Virus record (IMG/VR): IMGVR_UViG_3300032321_001382
Length of the DNA: 56,245 nt
Reading direction: 5' to 3' (one strand)
Origin: a virus
Taxonomy: Duplodnaviria > Heunggongvirae > Uroviricota > Caudoviricetes
The notes below the pieces were generated by a model. That model was given only the letters and a program-made list of their open reading frames with translations. It searched no databases and had not been told where the DNA came from. A program made the position numbers and the translations under genes. Positions 18,207 to 25,798 of this stretch are shown piece after piece (position 1 is the stretch's first letter; every line of letters begins with the position of its first letter).

Positions 18207-18549
18207 TTCTGTAACCTCTATTCCTAACACTCAACTTAGGAAAGCAATCAACATTATTGAAAATAGTAAGGTATTAAATCAAGAGCTTGAAATGGTAAAA
18301 GAGCGCTCTGTAGTATTGGAATATAGACTATCTGTCAAGGATAGTACAATAAACGAATATTTATCCAAGGAAAAAAATTGGAAAAATCTTGATAAAAACT
18401 ATAAAAATCAGATTTTCAATTATCAAGAATATGGTAAGAATACCCAAATTATTTTTGAAAAACAAAGAAAGGAAATAAGGAATCAGAAGTTAAAAAAATG
18501 GATGGGTATACTAGCTGGAGTTGGTATTGGGTATGTTATTGGTCGATAA
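18133..18549 (+). CDS. Signal-peptide coiled-coil protein with C-terminal TM (spanin-partner-like)
   Basis: Signal peptide, coiled coil and WMGILAGVGIGYVIGR. Confidence 0.55.
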   Translation: MKKLVITLIILVLWTSKGISQNSNDSVTSIPNTQLRKAINIIENSKVLNQELEMVKERSVVLEYRLSVKDSTINEYLSKEKNWKNLDKNYKNQIFNYQEYGKNTQIIFEKQRKEIRNQKLKKWMGILAGVGIGYVIGR

Positions 18550-18630
18550 AAGTGTAACATAACTACATAATTTCGTACAAAAAAGTGTCCAGTTAATTAT
18601 ATAAAAAACTGGACAAAAAAAGAGAAAATA

Positions 18631-19860
18631 ATGAAAATACTTTGTTTAATGGACTATGTAGCCAGAACTGGCTTCGGAACAGTTTCCAAAAATATTGTTC
18701 GTGAGCTTAAAAAGCACTTCAAAGAAGAAATAGACCTCCATATTATAGCCATAAACTATTTTGGAGTACCATATTTTGAGGATGATAAAACATACATAGT
18801 AAGCGCAAAACTAGATGATATTGAGAAAGACGACTACGGTCGTTATCATTTTTTAAAGACCCTTACAGATGGCGATTTTGATGGAGCATTTATTTGCCAA
18901 GACCTAGGAGTAATATCCCCTATTATAGAATTACTAGAGCACATCAAAAATATAAAAAAACAAGCTAATAGAAAGAGCTTTAAGTCTATATTTTATTTCC
19001 CAGTAGATTGTCATATTTTCCCAGAACTAACCAAAAAGCTTGAATTCTTTGATTTACTATGCACATACACCCATTTTGCAAAAGATGAGGTAGTTAAGTA
19101 TAGACCAGATTTAAAAACCTCAATTAAGGTTGTACCACACGGGAATAACTCAAAAGAGTTCTATCCACTTAATTTTATTGATACAATTAATTTCAGAAGG
19201 GAGTATTTTGGTGAAAATTCTGATAAATTTATTATCACAAATGTCAATAGAAATCAACCTAGAAAAGATATACCCAATACTATTTTTGGATTCATTGAGG
19301 CTAAAAAGACATGGGATAAGGGGCTTCCTAAGCCATTTTTGTATTTACACTGCCACCCAAAAGACCCATTAGGATGGGATTTACCAAGAATATTATCTCA
19401 AACAGAACTTGTTGAAAACGAAGATTATATGTTACTCCCAGAGGAATATCAACACGCTATGGTAGAGGTAGAAATGCTTAATAGGATTTATAATGCCAGC
19501 GATGTTTATTTAACCACGACACTTGGGGAGGGCTGGGGTTTAACTTATAGCGAAGCCGCATCTTGCAAGGTCCCAATTATAGCACCCTACACGACATCTT
19601 TTGTAGAAATGTCTAGTATGGGTAAAGGAGCTTATATGTTGTATAATATATACCCTTGTTGCCAACAAACAGATAGTATTATAAGAGAACAAACTGATAT
19701 CATGGAAATAGCAGAAACCTTACATAAGGTGGCTATAAAGGTAATTTCAAAAAGCGAAGCCCACCAAAAGAAAATTGACACTAATTACGAGTGGGCTAAA
19801 AATCTAGAATGGTCAAATGTTTGTAAGATTTGGATAAAATACTTTAAAGAAACCTTTTGA
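18631..19860 (+). CDS. GT4 (GT-B) glycosyltransferase
   Basis: TGFG, NRNQPRKD and YNASDVYLTTT.GEGWGL...EA....PIIAP. Confidence 0.92.
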   Translation: MKILCLMDYVARTGFGTVSKNIVRELKKHFKEEIDLHIIAINYFGVPYFEDDKTYIVSAKLDDIEKDDYGRYHFLKTLTDGDFDGAFICQDLGVISPIIELLEHIKNIKKQANRKSFKSIFYFPVDCHIFPELTKKLEFFDLLCTYTHFAKDEVVKYRPDLKTSIKVVPHGNNSKEFYPLNFIDTINFRREYFGENSDKFIITNVNRNQPRKDIPNTIFGFIEAKKTWDKGLPKPFLYLHCHPKDPLGWDLPRILSQTELVENEDYMLLPEEYQHAMVEVEMLNRIYNASDVYLTTTLGEGWGLTYSEAASCKVPIIAPYTTSFVEMSSMGKGAYMLYNIYPCCQQTDSIIREQTDIMEIAETLHKVAIKVISKSEAHQKKIDTNYEWAKNLEWSNVCKIWIKYFKETF

Positions 19861-20213
19861 AATACTCGTCAAGTTTTACCCATGACTTAAATTTTGGGGA
19901 GAAAGGGGAAGACTGGATTAATGAAATATTTAATGATGGTAAGCTTATTGAAGTTAAAAGCGATAGGCTAGCCCACAAGACTGGTAATGTATATATCGAG
20001 TTCGAATGCAGAGGTAAACCATCTGGAATTGCTACTACCACAGCTCATTATTGGATTTATAGAATTGAACAAAATAATATAGCTATAATAATACCGACAG
20101 AAAGATTAAAAGAAATATGTAGAGTATACTATAAAGATGGTAGAATAATGTTAGGTGGGGATAATAACCTTTCTAAAGGATTCTTAATACCACTCATCGA
20201 ACTCGTAAGATAG
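19857..20213 (+). CDS. PD-(D/E)xK-type nuclease-like phage protein
   Basis: GE.GE...IEVKSD....TGNVYIEF..RGKPSGI..T.A.YW. Confidence 0.7.
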   Translation: MKYSSSFTHDLNFGEKGEDWINEIFNDGKLIEVKSDRLAHKTGNVYIEFECRGKPSGIATTTAHYWIYRIEQNNIAIIIPTERLKEICRVYYKDGRIMLGGDNNLSKGFLIPLIELVR

Positions 20214-20226
20214 TACAAACTAAAAT

Positions 20227-20245
20227 AGCCCCACCAAGTGGAGCT
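20227..20245 (-). terminator. Terminator hairpin downstream of the twin minus-strand peptides
   Basis: On the minus strand AGCTCCAC-TTG-GTGGGGCT followed by ATTTTA; the plus-strand C/A mismatch becomes a G.U pair on the minus strand. Confidence 0.65.
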
Positions 20246-20271
20246 CAATTTTAGCAATAAGTAACGTTAGA

Positions 20272-20376
20272 TTACTTTAACTTCCAAGCCGCGAAGCCTA
20301 ACAAGCCAATAATCAATAAGTTATGTACATTTGTACCGCCTAAAAAATTAGGACTTTTGATGTTTAATAAATCCAT
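20272..20376 (-). CDS. 34-aa membrane peptide A (MDLLNIKSPNFLGGTNVHNLLIIGLLGFAAWKLK)
   Basis: Hand-translated; paralog of 20403-20513 with synonymous third-position divergence; absent from the track. Confidence 0.85.
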   Translation of the reverse strand: MDLLNIKSPNFLGGTNVHNLLIIGLLGFAAWKLK

Positions 20377-20402
20377 TTTGTTTGTTTTTAGATGGGTTAA
20401 AA

Positions 20403-20513
20403 TTATTTCTTAACTAATTTGTAAACGATAAAACCAGCTAAAGCTAATTTGATTACGTTGTGAACATTAGTTCCTCCCAAGAAGTTAGGGCTTTGAATGT
20501 TTAATAAGTCCAT
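20403..20513 (-). CDS. 36-aa membrane peptide B (MDLLNIQSPNFLGGTNVHNVIKLALAGFIVYKLVKK)
   Basis: Hand-translated; 18 of the first 19 residues are identical to peptide A. Confidence 0.85.
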   Translation of the reverse strand: MDLLNIQSPNFLGGTNVHNVIKLALAGFIVYKLVKK

Positions 20514-20547
20514 TTTTTGTGTTTTTATTTAAAAAATATTGATATAA

Positions 20548-20555
20548 CAAAAGTA
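20548..20555 (-). promoter_or_regulatory. Bacteroidota -7 element (TACTTTTG) for the twin peptides
   Basis: CAAAAGTA on the plus strand, 34 nt upstream of the minus-strand ATG at 20513. Confidence 0.65.
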
Positions 20556-20595
20556 AGGCATTTAATTAATTTATTTGTATCTTTTTTTAAACCAT

Positions 20596-20660
20596 TTAAC
20601 AAAATTTTAACAAAAAAAACACTTTTTTAATATTGTTTTACGAAATAATATATATCTTTG
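20596..20660 (+). promoter_or_regulatory. TTAACA-N5-TTAACA box (20596-20612) plus -7 element TATCTTTG (20653-20660)
   Basis: Recurrent architecture upstream of ATG 20682. Confidence 0.7.
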
Positions 20661-20681
20661 ATGTAACAAAAACAATACAAA

Positions 20682-20945
20682 ATGAACAACACAGAAATGG
20701 TGATTATCAAAAAAACAAAAAACCACTTTAAAGTAACACCCTTAGTTGCGGAAACATTAGATTACTTGTATGATGCAATAACTACCGACAACTTAGACCA
20801 CACACATCAACAAGAATGTAAGATTTTTGACAACTTTGATAAGTTAACTAATGTTGAATTAGAAAACTATCGAAGAATTGCTACCCAACTTGATGAACAT
20901 TTTAAAAACCACAAGGTTGAAAAACCAACTTGGGAAATAAAATAA
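20682..20945 (+). CDS. Hypothetical protein
   Basis: 87-aa ORF after the promoter. Confidence 0.75.
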   Translation: MNNTEMVIIKKTKNHFKVTPLVAETLDYLYDAITTDNLDHTHQQECKIFDNFDKLTNVELENYRRIATQLDEHFKNHKVEKPTWEIK

Positions 20946-20952
20946 TCAATAT

Positions 20953-21219
20953 ATGCAAATTAATACGATAAAAATGAGTGATATAGCTACACATCCAACA
21001 CAAAGAATGGATGCTCAATATTGGGTAAAATCTTTTAAAATTCTTACTAGCCATAATGCATCCGAACTTAATAGATTAATACAATCACACATTGAAGATG
21101 GGTGGTCAATAGTTGGTTCACATCAAGTTGCGATAGTCCACGTACAAAATAGATTTGCTGGTACTCAACATAAAGACACGATTAACGAATTAGAATACTC
21201 TATAAGTATAAAAAAATAA
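20953..21219 (+). CDS. DUF1737-like protein
   Basis: FKILTS....EL...I..HI.DGW...GS pattern. Confidence 0.55.
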   Translation: MQINTIKMSDIATHPTQRMDAQYWVKSFKILTSHNASELNRLIQSHIEDGWSIVGSHQVAIVHVQNRFAGTQHKDTINELEYSISIKK

Positions 21220-21238
21220 ACACACAAAAAATTATATT

Positions 21239-21706
21239 ATGGGAATGGATTTAACTGGTATTAAACCAAAAAATTTAAAAGGAGAATACTTTGGCGCAAA
21301 CCTTTGGGCTTGGAGACCAATAAATTTCTTATGTTATATTGTAAATGAAAAAGAAAATTATGGCTTCAATATGGAATATTGGGATTCAAACGATGGATAT
21401 GGATTAAACACTAGCAAAGATTGCAATAAACTAGCAGATGGTATTGATAAACTATTATTGGACATACCATTAAGTGATGAAGATGATAGACTATATTTGA
21501 ATATGGGTTTTTGGGTTAATTCATCAAATTCTTTTATACAAGATAAAGAAGAATTAAATAATCAATTTCCTATTGGTAGCATTATTTACACCTCAATTAT
21601 TGATAAAAATGGTGAAAAAGTAGAGCCAGCACACTCAATATCATTAGGTAGAATAAAGGATTTTGTTGAATTTTTAAGAAATAGTGGAGGATTTAAAATA
21701 TATTAA
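21239..21706 (+). CDS. Conserved hypothetical phage protein
   Basis: MGMD..G.....GEYF.AN.W.WRP...NDG.GL...F..FL..SGGF.I pattern. Confidence 0.8.
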   Translation: MGMDLTGIKPKNLKGEYFGANLWAWRPINFLCYIVNEKENYGFNMEYWDSNDGYGLNTSKDCNKLADGIDKLLLDIPLSDEDDRLYLNMGFWVNSSNSFIQDKEELNNQFPIGSIIYTSIIDKNGEKVEPAHSISLGRIKDFVEFLRNSGGFKIY

Positions 21707-21707
21707 T

Positions 21708-22379
21708 ATGAGCAATAGATACATAAAATACGAAAAGTACTCTTATTTATTTCCTCCAAGACCAGAGGAAACAACTAGCAATACCGAATTATATAAATAT
21801 GATAATGGTGATTTTATTGCACAACCAAAGTATAATGGAACTTGTTGTGTTGTATTCATTTCCGAGTCTGAAATCATAGTTATGAATAGACATAAAACTA
21901 AAATAACAAGTGATTATAGTGATATTGACTTTAGAGGACTACATAGAGGTAGTGGTTGGTTAGTTTTATGCGGAGAATTTTTAAATAAAAACAAAAAAGG
22001 GGAAGATGGCAAATCATTTAATTTGAAATTTGTTATCTGGGATATATTAGTTTATGAAAGCCAATATTTAATTGGTAGCACCATAGTAGAAAGACTTGAC
22101 TTGTTAGAAAAACTATACCCTTGTACTAAAATTGCCGTTAGTGAAACCCAAATGACGGTACTAAAACACGCTTGCTTCACTTCATATAAAAATGTTTATA
22201 GAGCACCGACTTATGCAAGTAAGTTTGATGTATTGTATAATCAAATTGTAAATACCGATTTGTACGAGGGCTTAGTAATAAAGAGAAAAACAGCTAAACT
22301 CACAATAGGATTAGTTGAAAAAAATAATAATGGTTGGCAAATAAAGTGCAGAAAACCAACAAAAAATTATGATTTTTAA
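21708..22379 (+). CDS. ATP-dependent ligase, nucleotidyltransferase domain only
   Basis: Motifs I QPKYNG, III LCGE, IIIa FVIWDIL, IV EGLVIK and V WQIKCR; the stop follows with no OB domain. Confidence 0.82.
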   Translation: MSNRYIKYEKYSYLFPPRPEETTSNTELYKYDNGDFIAQPKYNGTCCVVFISESEIIVMNRHKTKITSDYSDIDFRGLHRGSGWLVLCGEFLNKNKKGEDGKSFNLKFVIWDILVYESQYLIGSTIVERLDLLEKLYPCTKIAVSETQMTVLKHACFTSYKNVYRAPTYASKFDVLYNQIVNTDLYEGLVIKRKTAKLTIGLVEKNNNGWQIKCRKPTKNYDF

Positions 22380-25079
22380 TTACAATTTATGCTCAATCAA
22401 AGTAATCCATATTGCTTGAATACCCCTAGTTTCAAATGAAATATCATTAGAGTCGTTCATAAAATATAATAATTCTTTATCTAAATTAATTTTTATAAGT
22501 GGTTTCATTCCACCTATTGCACTCGTGCGATTAAGGTATCTAAATATCTTTTCGTCACTTTTTAATCTTATATTTTTAACTAATTCTTTGTCAAAATCAC
22601 TCAATTTATATAAATATCCATCTGCTAGTTTCTTATTTTCCGTTTTCCATCCAAAACTACCAACGAAATCTTCCTCGTTAGAATCAACTCTTGATAAAAC
22701 CTCCTTTTCTATATAACCACTTGGTCTACCAATTTTATATTCGTTTTCTTTATCATAATATTTTAAAGCACCGCCTTTCTTGTATTGCATAGAAATAAAA
22801 TCTGGATAATCTGGAGATGGGTTTTTAACTTTACCGCCTTTAGCAAAACCTTTCATATATTCTATTCTACTTTCATCTTCATCTTCATCATATTGTAATT
22901 GTTTAGTTTTATATAAGGCTTTTTCACTTATCCAAGGGAATGAGTTTCCATATTTAAGAGATAATTGATAACGATATGTTTTAACATAATAATTAGTAAC
23001 TCCTGACCTTCGGGTAGTATAACTAGATGATATAGCATTTATAGGTGCTGCATAATTAGTGTTTTGATAAGAGTATACCATATCTCCTACTTTAAATTTT
23101 GGTAATCCAGCCATGTAGCCACCATCGGAAAATTTTGAATCTTGCTCTATATAAAACAAATCGTTTTCAAATTCCAAGCCAATACTTTCTTGACTCCAAA
23201 GCTTACACCATTGCTTTACCTTATTTACAAGCTTCTCGAATTTAGGCTCAAATCCTTCTGGATTAGCAAATGCTACAACTCTTACCGCATCTTCATTAAT
23301 TACCCCCTTATCTACTGATTTAAACCCCCCATCAACCTTAGCAGAATTAAATCCGCCAAATAATGTAGCTAAATATTTTTCTACAACCTTGACTCTATAA
23401 GCTAATTCCTCTTTAGAAACTACTACATTCTTATCTTTTGTAGATGGAACATAAACAGCCATCTGTAATGGTAATTCAAAAGATTTAGATAATCTTTCTT
23501 TTATTTTATATTCTATATTACCACCTCTAGCTAATGGAGTTGATTCACTTTCTGTTATATTATTTTCAATAAAGAAATTTAAAACACCCTCTACGCTATA
23601 TGGAATTACCTCGTCATTTCCTTCACCTCCACCTACGTACCCAGATATGCTTCTGTATTTAGGGTCGTAATATATGTATGCATTATGTGATTTGTTATAA
23701 AAGGTTTTTGTACCATACGACCCCCTCTTTTCTACAAATCCATAAGCTTTAAATAGCATTACAAAGGTATCATTACCATCATCAGTCAATCCACCAGCAT
23801 CGTACTTTTCTTCTGGTTCCTCGCTATCTTCCCCTAAATTTAGCTCATCAAATTTATACGATATATCCTCATCATCTAAATTATCACTTATAATATCAAA
23901 TATTTTGCTATAATTACCATTCCTATCTATTAAATAATCTTCACTAACATCAAATTCGCTCATTAAAACATCATCTTCACTATTATTTATGTAGTAATTT
24001 ATAACATTATCTCTTTTACTTCCAATACCACCGCCTTTTGAAAACTCATCTTCCTCAATCTCTTCAATTATTTCCTCTTTATATCTTGTTGGCATATCTC
24101 TAAACCAATCAGGTATATTATTTCCCTTTAATTTTGAATATTTTTCATTTAATTCTTCATCCGAAACTATAATATCCATACCCTTATCAGCAACAAGCAT
24201 AATTCCTAAAATTTCAATATGACTATATCCCAATCTTTTAAAATGTTCAAAAACCTCTATAGCTACATTATCTTTATTATCCGCATAAAAGAACCCTTCT
24301 TGATATTTTAGACCATCTTCCTCATCAGTATACCCTATCAAATATTTAACCCTATATTTGTTCAATCTCACTCCATCTGCATATTTGCTTCTTTTCTTTT
24401 CGTAATATCCAATTTTCCCAGTTTTAACCAAATACCTTGTTGCAGACAGTCTTTCTTTCGGTTTCATTTTTTTCCAATCATCCTCCCCTACAAAATCTCT
24501 TGCCTCTAAAACCTCTAATGCTGTAATTCCACCATTAGCTAAAATATCTGATTGAGATATAACCAAAATTTCCATATCCATTGGAACATCCCCACCATCC
24601 TCAAAAGCCATAAACATTCCAGTTTTATTCTCAATAATATGCTTTAAATCAACTGCATATACATCTTCTTGTTTATAAACAACCTTATATGTAGTACCCC
24701 TAATTCTTCCAATTTCTATATCGTATAAGTCATTGCTATTCAATGTTATTTTAATATAATTACTTCTTGCATTTTTTATTTTAAAAGATACTCCATTTTT
24801 TAAATCAACAAAGTTATAAGCACCAAGCATAATCTGCAATCTTGAAAATCCACCCAATTGCATAATAATGTTAGAGGCTATTACTCCGCCATCGGCAAAT
24901 GTTCTTAATGTTTTAGCCAAAGATGCTTGTTTAGCGGTCTTTCCACCCTCTTTTTCTAACTTATTCAAGTCTGACATAGAAAGCTTCTCATCGCCCTTGA
25001 TTAAACCTTGCTTGCTAGCCGTTTTTCTTAGCGCACCTCTATGCTTTATAGCATCTTGTATCCATTTGTTCTTGGTCAT
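22380..25079 (-). CDS. 899-aa mosaic polyprotein-like protein with 9 [FYML]xxGG motifs
   Basis: FADGG, FEDGG, LANGG, FSKGG, YDAGG, LARGG, FSDGG, FAKGG and YKKGG (plus degenerate YADGV) separate unrelated modules: a basic N-terminal peptide, a QLGG...TG domain, a DUF3574-like domain and a KOW/SH3-like segment. Confidence 0.9.
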   Translation of the reverse strand: MTKNKWIQDAIKHRGALRKTASKQGLIKGDEKLSMSDLNKLEKEGGKTAKQASLAKTLRTFADGGVIASNIIMQLGGFSRLQIMLGAYNFVDLKNGVSFKIKNARSNYIKITLNSNDLYDIEIGRIRGTTYKVVYKQEDVYAVDLKHIIENKTGMFMAFEDGGDVPMDMEILVISQSDILANGGITALEVLEARDFVGEDDWKKMKPKERLSATRYLVKTGKIGYYEKKRSKYADGVRLNKYRVKYLIGYTDEEDGLKYQEGFFYADNKDNVAIEVFEHFKRLGYSHIEILGIMLVADKGMDIIVSDEELNEKYSKLKGNNIPDWFRDMPTRYKEEIIEEIEEDEFSKGGGIGSKRDNVINYYINNSEDDVLMSEFDVSEDYLIDRNGNYSKIFDIISDNLDDEDISYKFDELNLGEDSEEPEEKYDAGGLTDDGNDTFVMLFKAYGFVEKRGSYGTKTFYNKSHNAYIYYDPKYRSISGYVGGGEGNDEVIPYSVEGVLNFFIENNITESESTPLARGGNIEYKIKERLSKSFELPLQMAVYVPSTKDKNVVVSKEELAYRVKVVEKYLATLFGGFNSAKVDGGFKSVDKGVINEDAVRVVAFANPEGFEPKFEKLVNKVKQWCKLWSQESIGLEFENDLFYIEQDSKFSDGGYMAGLPKFKVGDMVYSYQNTNYAAPINAISSSYTTRRSGVTNYYVKTYRYQLSLKYGNSFPWISEKALYKTKQLQYDEDEDESRIEYMKGFAKGGKVKNPSPDYPDFISMQYKKGGALKYYDKENEYKIGRPSGYIEKEVLSRVDSNEEDFVGSFGWKTENKKLADGYLYKLSDFDKELVKNIRLKSDEKIFRYLNRTSAIGGMKPLIKINLDKELLYFMNDSNDISFETRGIQAIWITLIEHKL

Positions 25080-25095
25080 TTTTTTTTAATTTAAA

Positions 25096-25428
25096 CTATA
25101 TCCAATCAATTAAAGGATTTTTGTCTTTAACGATTCCCTCTTTTGCTTTTTCTAAATTTGAATAATATTGTTCATCTAATAACTTCTCTTCTTTAGTCTT
25201 TACCGAGTCTTCTATATACGAAAGCACCTTATTTACAATAACCCCCGCTACTATGCCAGTAATCAACACATAGGTCAATTCAATACCCTTTGGTAGAACA
25301 AATCGGAAACCTAAAGCATTTTCTCTTGTTGTGGGTATCTTTAAAGAATAACTAAAAACATTTGAAGCAAGTCCTATGAACGTTGTTGACCCAACTACAA
25401 GTATCTCCCTTTTTTGCTTCGTTGTCAT
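25096..25428 (-). CDS. Two-TM membrane protein
   Basis: Two hydrophobic segments. Confidence 0.8.
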   Translation of the reverse strand: MTTKQKREILVVGSTTFIGLASNVFSYSLKIPTTRENALGFRFVLPKGIELTYVLITGIVAGVIVNKVLSYIEDSVKTKEEKLLDEQYYSNLEKAKEGIVKDKNPLIDWI

Positions 25429-25553
25429 TATTCTGCCTTTTTTTGTTTGTTTTTCAAGTAAAAATAATACCCAAAACCAGTTAATACAGTTAATACTGCA
25501 AGTACTTGAATCTCTTTTGTAAGAGCAAATTCCTTTATTTTAGTTGTTCCCAT
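25428..25553 (-). CDS. 41-aa single-TM peptide (MGTTKIKEFALTKEIQVLAVLTVLTGFGYYFYLKNKQKKAE)
   Basis: Hand-translated; stop/start overlap with both neighbours. Confidence 0.75.
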   Translation of the reverse strand: MGTTKIKEFALTKEIQVLAVLTVLTGFGYYFYLKNKQKKAE

Positions 25554-25711
25554 TATTTTTTATTTAAAGAATATATAATAAACCCGAATATTGATAAAAT
25601 TAATATAACTGGAAGTCCATCCAATATTCCAGCTGATTTAACATCTGGTCTAACTTGAACACAAACTCCATTAATATCCTTTTCGTAGAATGGGGGTTGA
25701 GACCTACACAT
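25553..25711 (-). CDS. 52-aa tail-anchored peptide (MCRSQPPF...GVCVQV...LPVILILSIFGFIIYSLNKK)
   Basis: Hand-translated; two Cys, a C-terminal TM and KK. Confidence 0.75.
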   Translation of the reverse strand: MCRSQPPFYEKDINGVCVQVRPDVKSAGILDGLPVILILSIFGFIIYSLNKK

Positions 25712-25745
25712 ATTGATTTATTTTATAAATGCCTAACTTTTGTAT

Positions 25746-25783
25746 CAAAAATATGATTTTTTGGTGAAAAAAAATTAATTTTG
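25746..25783. promoter_or_regulatory. Divergent -7 elements: minus strand TATTTTTG (25746-53) and plus strand TAATTTTG (25776-83)
   Basis: Two TAnnTTTG matches facing the divergent operons. Confidence 0.55.
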
Positions 25784-25798
25784 GTAAAATAGTATAAA

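Noticed and set aside
18586-18615. Inverted repeat TGTCCAGTT-N12-AACTGGACA upstream of the GT4 gene
   Set aside because: The repeat is real but single-copy. I cannot tell an operator from an antisense terminator, so no function is assigned.
762-19372. Numerous 60-115 aa minus-strand ORFs overlapping plus-strand genes
   Set aside because: They fully overlap better-supported genes, have the hydrophobic composition expected from antisense A-rich codons, and lack promoters.
527-20612. TTAA-N7-TTAA read as a CtrA box
   Set aside because: CtrA is alphaproteobacterial and the host signals are Bacteroidota; kept only as a generic OmpR-type direct repeat.
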